64,000 nt of DNA from NCBI GenBank assembly GCA_030141605.1, contig JAQGDQ010000176.1, forward strand, positions 124,001 to 188,000, written 5' to 3'. Both the position numbers and the translations under genes were made by a program. The notes under the pieces are model-generated. The model saw nothing but the letters and a program-made list of their open reading frames with translations, made no database searches and was not told the DNA's origin. The DNA is from Tubiluchus corallicola (Eukaryota > Animalia > Priapulida). Below, in pieces: positions 52,422-64,000 of this stretch (position 1 is the first letter of the stretch; the number at the start of each line of letters is the position of its first letter).

Positions 52422-55007
52422 ATGTCCTTTCGCCAAGTTTTTAATAATTGGGCAGAGAATTCTTCTACCCACGGAGTATCAAATATTCACCGAGAGACAA
52501 CCTTGCTGCGAAAAGTGATATGGATTTTGATATTTATAACTGCTGTTGTTGCAACACTTGCATATACATCAGACAGACTTATTTATTATCTGTCCAAACC
52601 AACTACTGTAGAATTGCGGGAAGTGTTCACCAGTGACTTTGATTTTCCTGCAGTGACAGTTTGCATGGACTGTGGTATTCGTTTTAGCAAAATGATGCAG
52701 GCATTGAGAAATCGTGTAAAAATCACAGAAGACAACATGAAGGACTTGTTTGTCAGTACTGATGACACCGAATACTTTTGTCGGCTTGATGACCTTAACA
52801 ACAAGTTTAAAGGGATAGAATACGAAAAACAAAGCAAGTGTAGTGTGATTCGAAATACATGGATTTCTGGTACCTACGATACCAACTGTTTTACGTTCTA
52901 CACAGACATTTCCAGAATTGAGCCGCCCATAATTCGAAGCCAGTTTGTAAAAAAAATCGGGGGAACGACCCGACTGTTGCTGAAAATGGATCTTGACTGG
53001 ACCGATTGTACATTAAACAGGCAAAATAGGGAATTTGTAATAGTGGCGGTGCATCCCAAGTCTCAGCGTCGGATTAACAGTTTCAAAATTTTCAGACCAG
53101 ATAATGGAGCAATTCTCGCAAGTGTCGATGTCTACAACTCATCCACTACTCGAATCGCGGTTGATGGAGTGTGTGATTCCACGTCTCCTGATATTCCTTT
53201 TTCTGTAGGGCACGAAGCTCGCTGGCACAACTGCATTTGTAAGGCACAATCAAAAGTTTGTGGTTGCATGTCTGGCAAAATATGTAGTCATCTTATCTAT
53301 TACAATATGACTTCTCAAACAGAACGATGTTCACCAAAAGAAATTACAGAGTAAGTTTATTTGTTTTACTCAAATTTACTTTTTATCTTAAATTTCGTAG
53401 CGCAAAAATAAACTAGGCGGTACAACTGCGATCTAACGTGGCGTTAATCTGGCATCCAGTATATGCGCTATGCAGATGCGGAATTATATAAAATCGGTTT
53501 ATATTGTTTTCAATGAATACATTTATCTGAACTGCGTTATTTTGTCTACAGCTATTTCTTATTGATTTTTTTATTCCGGAGCTATTTCGTAGGTGGATAA
53601 CGCATTCCGGATGCCAGGTAAACGCGACTTTATATAAGGCCTCGCAGGTCGTACATCACTGACTCACACACACCATGTTTGTCACTAATTTTTTATTTTA
53701 TTATTTTAATTATTATTTTAGTATTATTACTTTATTTTAAACATAAGTTCATAACACGAAAACACAACATAAAAATAAAAGTACACTAAGAATACAAAAA
53801 ATAATGACAATAATAAGTAAATAAATTAACACATAAATTATATTCATAAATGTAAATCTCCAGCACAGTGAGATCACATGTTACATGAGAACCCACACGC
53901 TATATACACTCGCATAATTTATACTAATGGTTCTAATTAACTGACTGTCTGACCATCTCTTCGCTGTTATGTTTCATGTTCCTCAGTAATAAAAACTGTA
54001 CCCAGAGAATCAGCACGTGTCACCTCGACGCCCAATACCTTAAGGACTTAGTAGTTGTTATCTTTTCAAGGCAAGAGGACGAGCACAGTATCATTTGTGA
54101 ACATGAACAATCTATTTACTCGCCTAACTGGCAATTACCTACTTACCTACAAACTTAGCTAACTACTACCTGCCTGCCTATTCACCTGCCAGTTTTATTT
54201 TCTCTGTTTTTTGTTGTTAGTCGATGGAAAGAATAATAACTGTATTGACAGTAATGTTGAAATTACGCAACATTTGGAATACATCATTCATGTTGCAGGT
54301 GTAGGGAAAGGGGAGGAAATGAGGAATTGCTCTCGCAAAATGAATACGACTGTGTCTTTGCTTTACCGGAATGCACTGAGATTGTCTATGATGAGTTTTG
54401 GGAAGGAGCATCTGACTGGAGCGCTTCAACAGAGATTCACCATTCTGATCCTAATAAAGGATTGTATCCAAGCATCAGATACTTCACGGATAGGTTAGAA
54501 CACCACAATGATACAGAAAATGACTTGGCAAAGGATTTCCATCTCCTGGAACAATGCAAGGAACAATGTAATGCAGGGCCTAAAGGAATATGTAGAGCAG
54601 TATGTTGGCAATACCAGCTAAACGAGATTTATTTACCTGAAAATTATACGCAGCTAGGGTTCTTGAATTTACCTACGAATTTACCCTTCAATTCTTCTAT
54701 CTACGCTCACGAGGCCTATGAAGGTTACCGTAATTCACGTGACAACGTTCCAAAACTGGAAATTTCAGTGAGATTAGGCGATTCACACTATACAGAAGTT
54801 ACTGAAACGTATGCCTACGATATTATAAACTTTGCAGCAGATGTTGGAGGTTTGATAGGCCTTTTCTTGGGCTTGTCAGTAATAGCACTTGTAGAAATGA
54901 TACAACTATTAATTGAATTAATAATTACCTGCTCCACCAACAGGCAGAAATCGACTGTTGTAATGGATTTGAAGAAAATGTCTTCAAAACAGGCTAATAA
55001 ATTTTGA
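52422..55007 (+). CDS. DEG/ENaC/ASIC-family (amiloride-sensitive-type) ion channel subunit, join(52422..53350,54299..55007), 545 aa
   Basis: Family motifs occur in order: pre-TM1 STHG, TM1 (RKVIWILIFITAVVATLAY), FPAVTVC, NCFTF, Cys-rich thumb (C..CGC..C..C..C..PEC) and TM2 YDIINFAADVGGLIGLFLGLSVIALVE. Donor GA|gtaagt at 53350/53351 and acceptor tgttgcag|G at 54298/54299 join in frame (…SPKEITE-CRERGG…). Total length is 929+709=1638 nt. Confidence 0.93.
53351..54298 (+). other. GT-AG intron (948 bp, phase 2) of the DEG/ENaC gene
   Basis: gtaagt donor and ttgcag acceptor. Splicing restores the reading frame and a conserved thumb cysteine. Confidence 0.85.
53434..53632. mobile_element. MITE (~200 bp) within the DEG/ENaC intron
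   Basis: Imperfect ~35-bp terminal inverted repeats: taacgtggcgttaatctggcatccagtatatgcgctat versus the reverse complement taaagtcgcgtttacctggcatccggaatgcgttat. TA at both ends. Confidence 0.7.
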
Positions 55008-58000
55008 TTTTTCTGGTCATTCTTTTCGCGATTATGTCTTCTGCAACATAAAATTTGTAAGTTATAGTAAAGTGTGTGCCCTGTTAGTTATGCGTACTTA
55101 GTTAATTAGTGAACTTCCGTAATTAATTGCTGAATGTGATATCTTGATCGCTTAAGTTTCCACCTAATGCGTTTTAGGTGTTTTTAGTTCCTGAAACCTA
55201 AAAAAATAATTTATTTTTTACGCAGCGAAATTAATTTTACAAATTAAAATGCCAGGCTAAAACTTCATGGTAAGCGAAGCATGGTTATTTCTTTTTTTTC
55301 AAATCACTTTCTTATCCAAGTCCAAATGAAACAAATAAAATTCTGATTATGCTTTACCAACTGTTTTGAGCTTCTAGTTTTAGTTCAGCTTTGCTATCAC
55401 ACACTTTAAGCGATACGAGTATATCGTACGCATTATGACACGTATTTAATATTATTAGAAATGGTGCTTAACAGCAATGTGCCTTGTCTTCGTTAAAGTT
55501 TTCCTTTTGCTGCTGTTTATAAATTTATCAATTTTTTTTACAAATCTAACCGCCGGAATAAAAGGTGAGGGACGACACGGGGCAGGCGTTTAATGGAATT
55601 TAATGACTATTAATCGGTAATTACAAATCCAGTATTCAAAGCTTTCACTCCATCGAAATGGTCTAGCCAGATATCCTCGTAGCTGGTTTATTACGAAAAA
55701 AAGCTAATCTCGTTAAAACACAAGAAAACACTTCATAAATAAAGTTTAAAAAATTCGTCTTAGTACTTTTTTATCTTTAGTATCTTTAGTACTTGCAGAT
55801 AAGACTTGTAAATATAAACTCCCGCGATTGCCGTTAGGCATAGCCATTTAACGGTAAATCGTTTGAAACAAGCTTAGATAACATAGCGTAAAGCTTGAAA
55901 AAATAATCATAGCATTCGCCGTACATTTACTTAAACTAAACAAAAGTACAAATTACTTTACATTGTCAGTAATGTGTTTTTGTGAGTCAGCGGTGCACAC
56001 TGGGAGGGCTATACAGTGCCGTTTTACCAGGTGGCGTGAACATTTTATGTTATTAAGAACTTTCTTTCCAAAAAAGTCTTTTTAACAGGTGAGTGTGTGC
56101 AAAGTAATATAACTTTGTCGAAGAAGTTTATTTGGCATATACTTGAAATTCCCTTTTCTTCTCTTTTAACGGCGTTAATAGGGTGACCGGTGGCTTAGCA
56201 GAATTGGGAGAAACGGTGGCATTCTTTTCTAAATGCCGATTATATTAGTGTGAAACCCTGTAGTGTTCTGTATCTTTCATAACTTTGCATGTTTTAATGT
56301 TGCAGTTGAATGTTTAACGACTGTCGCATTACAAACAACTTTCTTAAACACATAGAAGAGAGTTATCTGGCGAGGAAGTGGAAAAAGGAAAGTTTATAAT
56401 TATATCGATCTAGTATAAATGAATTTACTTATTTGATTCCATCGAAAGAGCTTATATTTTAGGCTATGAGTTCTCAAATTTAAGATAAGGTTAAGTAAAA
56501 ATTGTAGGTTGTTTATATAGTGGTGCATGAACAGAAGAGTGACGACGACAATGGTCTGTCTTTATTAGCTTATTAACTTCTTTTTGTAGAGTTGTGATGA
56601 CCCTGATCGTACGGAAATCAAAGAGGGGCGTGCTGTGTTAGTTTTACACCTCATAACAGAACAGAGTTAGTAACGTAGGCACTAAATGTATGGATGCAGA
56701 TCGGCCTAAGGCGGATGTTAAAAATACGGGGGACTATGGCCTATTTGCACTCTATATACACTAATGGATCTGAAGAAAAAGAAAGATCAAATGGCAAATA
56801 TTAAAATAATTAATCAAACAATTTAATCATCAACAAATTCCAAAGTGATTCACAACAGTTTAAGCAAAAGTTTAATAATAATAAAATATAGCAATATTGA
56901 CATAGCTTGAGGTTAGTAGGGTATATACGTTTGCAAAAAGTTCATGTTTGCCCACTATGTACCTAAGTTTTTTCAGGAATACATTTCCTTTAAATCGAGC
57001 AGTTTGTAGAACGGCAACAATACGTCGTAATGTAACCCGTGAGTCTGAATACAGCTCTGATTCCAAACGTCGTCAGAGAAACTACTAATTAGTCTTTACC
57101 AAGCAAGTAGTATTGAAGAACATTAGGCTCGTATACGTGATGTTTACATTATCAGTGCGACATTAGTTACCACCTTGGATGTGGTTCTGTAGTAGGTCGA
57201 TCATTTGTCAGTCAGTGAGTAACTCCACTACTGCAGACTGCAAGCCCACATCTCTGGGACAACTTTGGTTGACGACCACAAGTTATACCAACTAGGCTCT
57301 CACAGTGTCACCATGTACATTACACACCATATCTTGTGTGAAACTTTCTAGTACGAGAAATTCTCTAGTACGCATTTCTCTTCAGATAATATAGCTTCAC
57401 ATATACGAACAAACGACCTGCTCGTTCTGTGTCAAGTTACCGTCTATATCTAAGCAGTGTTACAGGGAAGCCACTCGCTTAAACAGCTATAATTGTATTC
57501 GCCTGTGTATTAATTTTGACTTAGAAAATGCATTATGAACGCCATAGGGCAGACAAGAGTGGGTCAGACGAAATTCAAAAGGGAGTTTGTTAGTAAGTCC
57601 CTACATCCCAACAAAATATCAATAATTGATAATGCAGTTAACTGTCACTGCCAGTAACTAAATATCATACATATCGATTAATTAACTTAAACATGCACCG
57701 CGAATGGGGCTTAATGTTGCATAAGCATAATGTGAGAATTATTAAATGTAGGCCGAAACATGACAGGAGTGAAATAGTGTCGTGCGCTTACAAAATAAGC
57801 TTGCAAAATTCTCTTACTTTCTGAAATAAGATGGTGCCCACATTTCAATCATTTTTTAATTTATATTCAGTCATTCGCCGCTCAGGGTAAAGAGCTTTAG
57901 GGTACAATTAAATTTACTTGTCGGAAAATGCCAAAATTCAAATATAGGTTTTACATGTCAATTATAGGCCTACGTTAACTCAAATGTAGACTTAGGTAGT

Positions 58001-60293
58001 TCAAATGTGTTAACAATGGTTTTCAAGAAATTTTACCAAAACACATTTGAAATTCTTATGTCTGCATTTGACTTACCTAAGTCACATCTGAACTTTCCTG
58101 TGTCTAAATTTGACGTGTAAAACCTATAATACTGATTCGTTTATGAACATAAATGAAAATAATTTATTTAATTGATATGTTTACAATGAAAATAAATGTG
58201 TAGCATTTAATGATTTATTTACAGTGAACTATCCAAAAAAAATCAGAATAACAATCAAAAACTAAAACATTCAAACAAAAAACGCAAAACTTAGTTTAAT
58301 CGGAATAAAAAAATGTCACTTTCGTTAATTATCAGTAAATTACAACGAAAGTACGTAAAAGTATCATAAAATAAGAAAATATATAAATCTCCCTATCTGG
58401 GCGTGTGTCCTGTGAGTTTCGTGAACATAGCCCTGTTTGTGTGAGAGTTACTAAACTTTCTTCTTTTATCTTCTTTTATGTCTTCGTTTCCTTTTTGCTT
58501 TCGTTATTGACGAAATTAAAATAAATGTCGGACCCTTGTCAAAATGAAAGCACATTTTTGTTAACTGGAATAATGTCGACATCGACACGTGTAGTGACTC
58601 CATCGTCATTAGGAGAGGTAGAAATTGAATAGATTCTTGATTGCTTTTCTATACAATCTAATACTTATTTTGTACATTATTTGTAACTGCATTCTAACAG
58701 AAATATTTGCATTCACGCTACACTACAAAGTTACATGGAGGTTCCAATTAGGCCCTGAAACCAACCAACGACCACTGTTTGTCGTACAGTCAGGACATTT
58801 TGTGGAACAATGACATTCTTCGCTTGCGTTCAGTTTCACCGGTATTCTACGCAAGCGAATTGTATTTGTTGAATTTTCCGGCACCAGATGGCTCTTGGTC
58901 TTTACTGTGATATTACGTTTCAGTGTACTATTTCGGACTACAACTCAATTCATCTTCAGACATATAAATCAAAATTATCAGCTGTAGTGATAAAATGAAA
59001 TAGTTATAATTCCTTTTAATTACTTTTTACTGATTTTATATTTTTACACCTGTGGGACACCGCTTGCTGTTTCTGGGTTTTGACCTGGCGTAGACTATGG
59101 TGAATGACTAACAAAAATGCACAGGTTTCAAGCAAAAATTTTTACTGTTGTAATTGCTCCCGGTCACTAACTATCAAGATCACATAAGTTACTTTTGTGC
59201 GTTGTTTGATTACCGATTCGTAAAATAAAGTAAATAAAATAGGTAATTAAGTTCATCATAGAACAAGGCTTCACCTTTGTCCACAAAACCTAAGTATGAT
59301 TTTGCTGTGGTTTATTTTGGTTTTCTTACATTTTCATAATATATTTTACTGTTTTTAAGTATCTGAAACGCTACTACAGCTTTTCAGTCTAGTTGGAGTT
59401 TTAGAGTAACATTAAACTATTTTTTTGCATCGCAGAAACTCTAATGATATCGCAGAGTTCTTGTGAATGCGCGGCATTTAAATCTGTAATTGACCTACAA
59501 ATAATCATTTGATAATACTGTGACATGCACGCACAGCAGTGGACGTCATCTTCTTATTTCGCCTTTTATTTTGGTTGAATTTAAACAAAAACCACAATAA
59601 GCAGATGGGAAATAGTGAATTGCAACTGCCATAAATTCGTATTACTTACATAGATACTTAGAGCGGTCTGATGAGGAGCGTTCTAGGATAGTGAAGAATA
59701 GAGATTCCATTCTCTAGATTTTGTCGCCTATGCCCTTTTTATAAGGCTAATGATCCATCCATTTACTTTGTGGTAAAACTAGGAAATACCATCAAAAATG
59801 CGTTGATCAATTACATACGTCAGTTTTCTAATTTTATATATTTTCATGCGCTAATTTTTTCAAATCAATTATCAAATTTTTTTCATTTCCTCTAGGTTTT
59901 AATTTGTCGAATCTGTCGTCCGTTCTTTATACTAGCTTTCCTGAAGCTGAGCAGTCTTATACACAAGTAAGCTGAAAGGAACCTTCTTGTTGTACTTACT
60001 GCCGTCGTGACAGAGAAGCACGTCGGCAAAACATAGTCAAACGTTTGTCATTGCATCCACCTTTAAAGGTGCTCAGCCAGGAACCTTCAGGTCGATCACG
60101 CGAGATACCATAATTTAGTCATATAAGATGCTTGGTCATAATATGTGATGTTCAGGTATGGACGTCTACCGAAATGCCGTTAGTACATATGGATGTAAGA
60201 CGTCCACCTAAATGTCGGTCCAAATTGGAGCCCGGATTGAACTTATGGGGTACCAAACTGAAATTAAGTGCAAATGGTGGCTTAGCAAAGCGT

Positions 60294-60832
60294 GGTCCTT
60301 AAATGCAACAATGACAACTAATTTAAGTGGTATTGACTACCCGCTAGAAAGCAGAACAGCCCGAAATTGGGACCTACAATTAATGTAATAGTTGCCGTCT
60401 GATTTACTTATAAATGATATGTAATCGTCTTGAAGGTTAAGAAATGATATTTTATTTGAAATTCGGTAGCCATCATAAGCTATAAAATCCACTCTATCTG
60501 GCAAGTGGTCAGTACCACTTAACTTGTCATTTATTGATAAGCTATCATTTACATCATTGATTTCAGGTGGTCTTTAATACGTTCTATCAGATCTTAATTT
60601 GGTCCAATGTTTTTGGTAACCGGTAGATACCAGGTGACAATCGAAGTATCTGTCAATACATATTTCAGCCTTTAAGGATGCTTACATATAATTACATACC
60701 ATTTACAAGTAAATCAGATCGTAGCCGCTACATTAATTGTAGGGCCTAGTTTTGGGCACTCCTGCTTTCAGGGTGTCTGGCGGGCAGACAACGCCACTTA
60801 AATAGTCTGTCATTGTTATGTTTAAAGCAACC
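60294..60832. mobile_element. Long-arm palindromic MITE/foldback element
   Basis: About 150 bp at 60294-60450 is the reverse complement of about 60655-60832. For example, cctacaattaatgta pairs with tacattaattgtagg, and tctgatttacttataaatg pairs with catttacaagtaaatcaga. Confidence 0.78.
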
Positions 60833-63800
60833 GGGCCCAATCTTAAACTGTAGGTCAGAACAATCTACTCTTTAAAATATTGAAAGGAAACATATTATTT
60901 TTTTCAAAAATGACTTATGTGAAACAATTATTAGCACACAAACGTAATTTCGCGTTACTAGTTCTTCGCTGTTACATGCATTTCGCCATCCGCTAGTTAG
61001 ACGGCCACTAAAGCCTGCATTTCGGAAACGCATTACACAAAAAACAGGTGCTGTACTTCTCAGTTCAGATGTGTTAGTTTGTGACGAACTGCACACGTTC
61101 GAGAGCTCATGCGTGATAGCGGTAAATTTGAAACTTGAATTTTTATCTTAAAACTAGTTTTAGTACAACATACTGAATATCTTACAGTAACACTGTACTT
61201 CACAAACACGTGCAACACGCTCGTGGAATATTTTTGCTGTTGAAAATTATGTTAGTTTGTGATGTCATCAATAGTTGGGTTTGCCCGCCATTAATAAGTT
61301 TTTAATCTATCATTTAATTATCAGAAACGCTTTTGCAGTATTAATTGTGTTAAAATTTATACTTTTATCGGACTTGCCATAGGGTAGTATATGAAAAATC
61401 ACACTGTCTTCCTTTAAGGTCAAAGATAGGCATCATTTACATTTAATTTTACCCGGTGTCTCCCATCACGGACTTACGTCTCAATTTTGTTCTACATTTA
61501 GGATGTCTGTCGGGCACCTGATGCCACTCAAAAGGTCTGTTGTTATCAATTGCGAGCTCCAAGGATCATAAGCTATAACATAAAATTAAATCAGGCTGAT
61601 ATCTCTTATTTTTGATTTTTGATTAAGGCGATTTTGTGGGGTCGCTTAGAAACTTCTGATATGTATAAACGGCATTCATTCTGAATATCGCATATTATGA
61701 CATTATATATGACTAAATACCGGTATCTCGCTCGATCTATCCGAAGGGTCCTGGCTGAGGGTATGTGCCCATATTTTATATTTACATTTGCTTTTACTTT
61801 GTCAAACCGATATTACATGTATTCTACTTCATTTAAATTTAAATGAGAATGAGTCGCGGACATGCTTTACTGTGTGATACTGACGTTAATTTCTGCATTA
61901 ATTATCAGTTTAATGAACTCTCGTCTCACGACTTGCCTATTTGTTGCGTGTCTGTAATTAAAGCGGCCATGTTTTTGTGTAATTAGAATAGCTTTACTAG
62001 CGGCCATATTAACCACACCATATACAGGTCTTTCTTAAGCTTTTTAGTACATCAGCTAGTGCTTACGAATACCCGGTATAATATGTTCGAAGTTTCCATC
62101 ATCATGTTTTTCTATATACATTATCGCCGATTGTGCCCAGTTTATTGAACTGTGGGCGCCATTTCAGGCACAACCGCCACCTGTCTGCAATGTATTGCAA
62201 ACAAACTATAAGCATGCATTGCAGTGTATGTAATCTAACATTAAAACATTTCAAATTAAACCACCCTGTTATTAAAAAGTAATCTTCCATTCGTAAACTC
62301 TTTTAACCGAATGCCGTTTTCTCATTGGTTAACCCGTTTAATCATTGATTTTGATTGGTTGGGGTAAGTTTTGTTAGGTGTTCCCTTCTGTTTTGGTGAG
62401 CTGGGCACCTGACTTAGTTTAACAATTTAACAAGTCTTACTTGCGGTACATACTAGTTCTGGGGGTAGACAGATTGGAAGATGGTAATGTAAGCTTCTGT
62501 CGTGTAAAGTTTAGTGTTTCTTTTAGTATGTTACTGCTATCTAGCAAGTCTGGTAACAGTTCCTTAGTTTTCTTTGCGTGGCAAATCTGTAGTTCTGATT
62601 TTTATTTTTCTTAGCTTCTGCTGTCTCGTTTTAAAAACACTAATATTCGACCTTCGACTTTATCATAGTCTATGAAAACATTTAGCTGTGACTTCAAATG
62701 GTCGCTTTTGCTTGCGCTAGCACTGGATATGTATACGTTGGGTTGCTAGCCTCCCTAACCTCTATTGACCCGAGCCATCTTGGGATGATGAGGGCTTGTC
62801 AGCGGTGCAATATCATCATTAGCGTTATTACTGTTTTTATTTCGTATTTTATCGATACTGGTATGAATACATTAATAAAAACACGAGTACTATAGACTAT
62901 CCCGCGGATAGTCTACTGCCTTGATTATTTAAAAGATGATTACCATGTTTTCGCAACCTGCTAATCTACACAAGACTATGACTGTTTTGCTTGCCTGTAA
63001 CAATATCCTCGAAAGAAATGATGTGCACTTAATCCAAGTAATAATTATTAAGCCAAAATATGTTGTTAGGAATTGTAAGGCGACGTTCACATTACAACTG
63101 TATAATCATTAATTCGGTAAGCTACTCTGTAACACGCACTACCGACTGCGTGACGATAATGGCCGTTGCCTTTAGTTTGCAGACAAATTGGGCTCATTAC
63201 ATTTCTGTGGCTAAATTAACTTTATCATAGACGCGTCGTAGAGAAGATGAGAAATTATTAGATTATTGGCATGAGCTGTGGTGGCTTGCTGAGGTCTGCT
63301 TCTCGCGGTATTTTACTTTTGTTTGATTCTTTATCCAGTTGCTTAAAGGAAATGGGGTACCAGTAAACTTGTTGTTTTTCACGCAGGCTATCCATGTTGT
63401 TTTTTAAATGTCAGCTTTTAATTTTTTGCATGGTAGAGGTGCAAAAACAAAAAAGGCAATGACAATCAACGATAGTACTTAATGAAAGTGCAAAGGAAAT
63501 AGAATATTTGCTTATATGCTTGTCTGTCTATTGCCTATTAGCTTATAGAGGCAAATCTGAAAAATAAGTTACGTAATGGCAGTCTTTTTCCATCTCTTTA
63601 CCAACACAAGACTCGCAAATATTGAGTAACATTTTCGTTTAGCTTTTCCAATATATAGAAAGCAACTAAAATTGCCTTTGTTTTAGTGAAAGCACGTGTA
63701 CTGTTTATTGAGCGAATTCGCATCGTTAATGATACACCTTGCTTAACACGGTCAATTTGAGAAACTAAAAGCTAGGCCGTGCCGCCACTAGTGCAAATGT

Positions 63801-64000
63801 AAAAACGATCTGGGATGGATTCTCCATGAAAACCATCGTTTTAACGTCCGGTGTCAAAAAGACCCGCGGCGAAGCGCCAGAACAAGTTCGACTAGAAAAG
63901 GGAATGACGATGTAATTAGTTAATTTAACATTTAGATTTTTAGACGATTTCCTGCATCATGCACAAAAATAAGACTATTACATCTGACCTGTAAGGATGT

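Noticed and set aside
52422-53354. Treating the 310-aa and 226-aa ORFs as two separate genes or a broken pseudogene
   Set aside because: They are the N- and C-terminal halves of one channel, joined in frame by a canonical intron.
54211-54298. Alternative acceptor ttgttgttag at 54220 for channel exon 2, and ORF 54211..54498
   Set aside because: Splicing at 54220 hits an in-frame TAA at 54234. The 54298 acceptor gives an open frame and restores a conserved Cys.
60472-60485. atcataagctataa shared with about 61565-61578
   Set aside because: The match is short and AT-rich and does not extend.
62615-62895. Hydrophobic short ORFs after an acceptor-like site (MKTFSCDFKWSLLLALALD…)
   Set aside because: No consensus donor occurs before the stop, so support as a signal-peptide exon is too weak.
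1-64000. CRISPR arrays, operons, rRNA or other prokaryotic-type systems
   Set aside because: There are no regularly spaced repeat-spacer units and coding density is very low. Spliceosomal introns, SINE/LINE remnants and microsatellites indicate animal nuclear DNA.

Overview
AT-rich, intron-rich eukaryotic DNA, most likely from an invertebrate animal; nothing here looks prokaryotic. One complete gene is well supported: a divergent two-exon DEG/ENaC/ASIC-family channel on the + strand, join(52422..53350,54299..55007), 545 aa. It has a remodelled cysteine pattern and a Cys-containing insertion in the knuckle region. A second gene, missed by the ORF track, is inferred on the - strand: a signal-peptide exon at 23114..23210 plus several candidate non-coding 5' exons reaching about 41.6 kb. 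I found none of its downstream coding exons, so bases 1-23113 are probably a large intron. The rest is non-coding: a tRNA-derived SINE, decayed LINE fragments, several MITE/foldback elements (one with a LINE nested in its arm), a diverged ~450-bp duplication upstream of the channel gene, microsatellites and small tandem duplications. Almost all short ORFs in the track look spurious. I found no clear novel multi-gene system. All alignments were made by eye and repeat boundaries are approximate.
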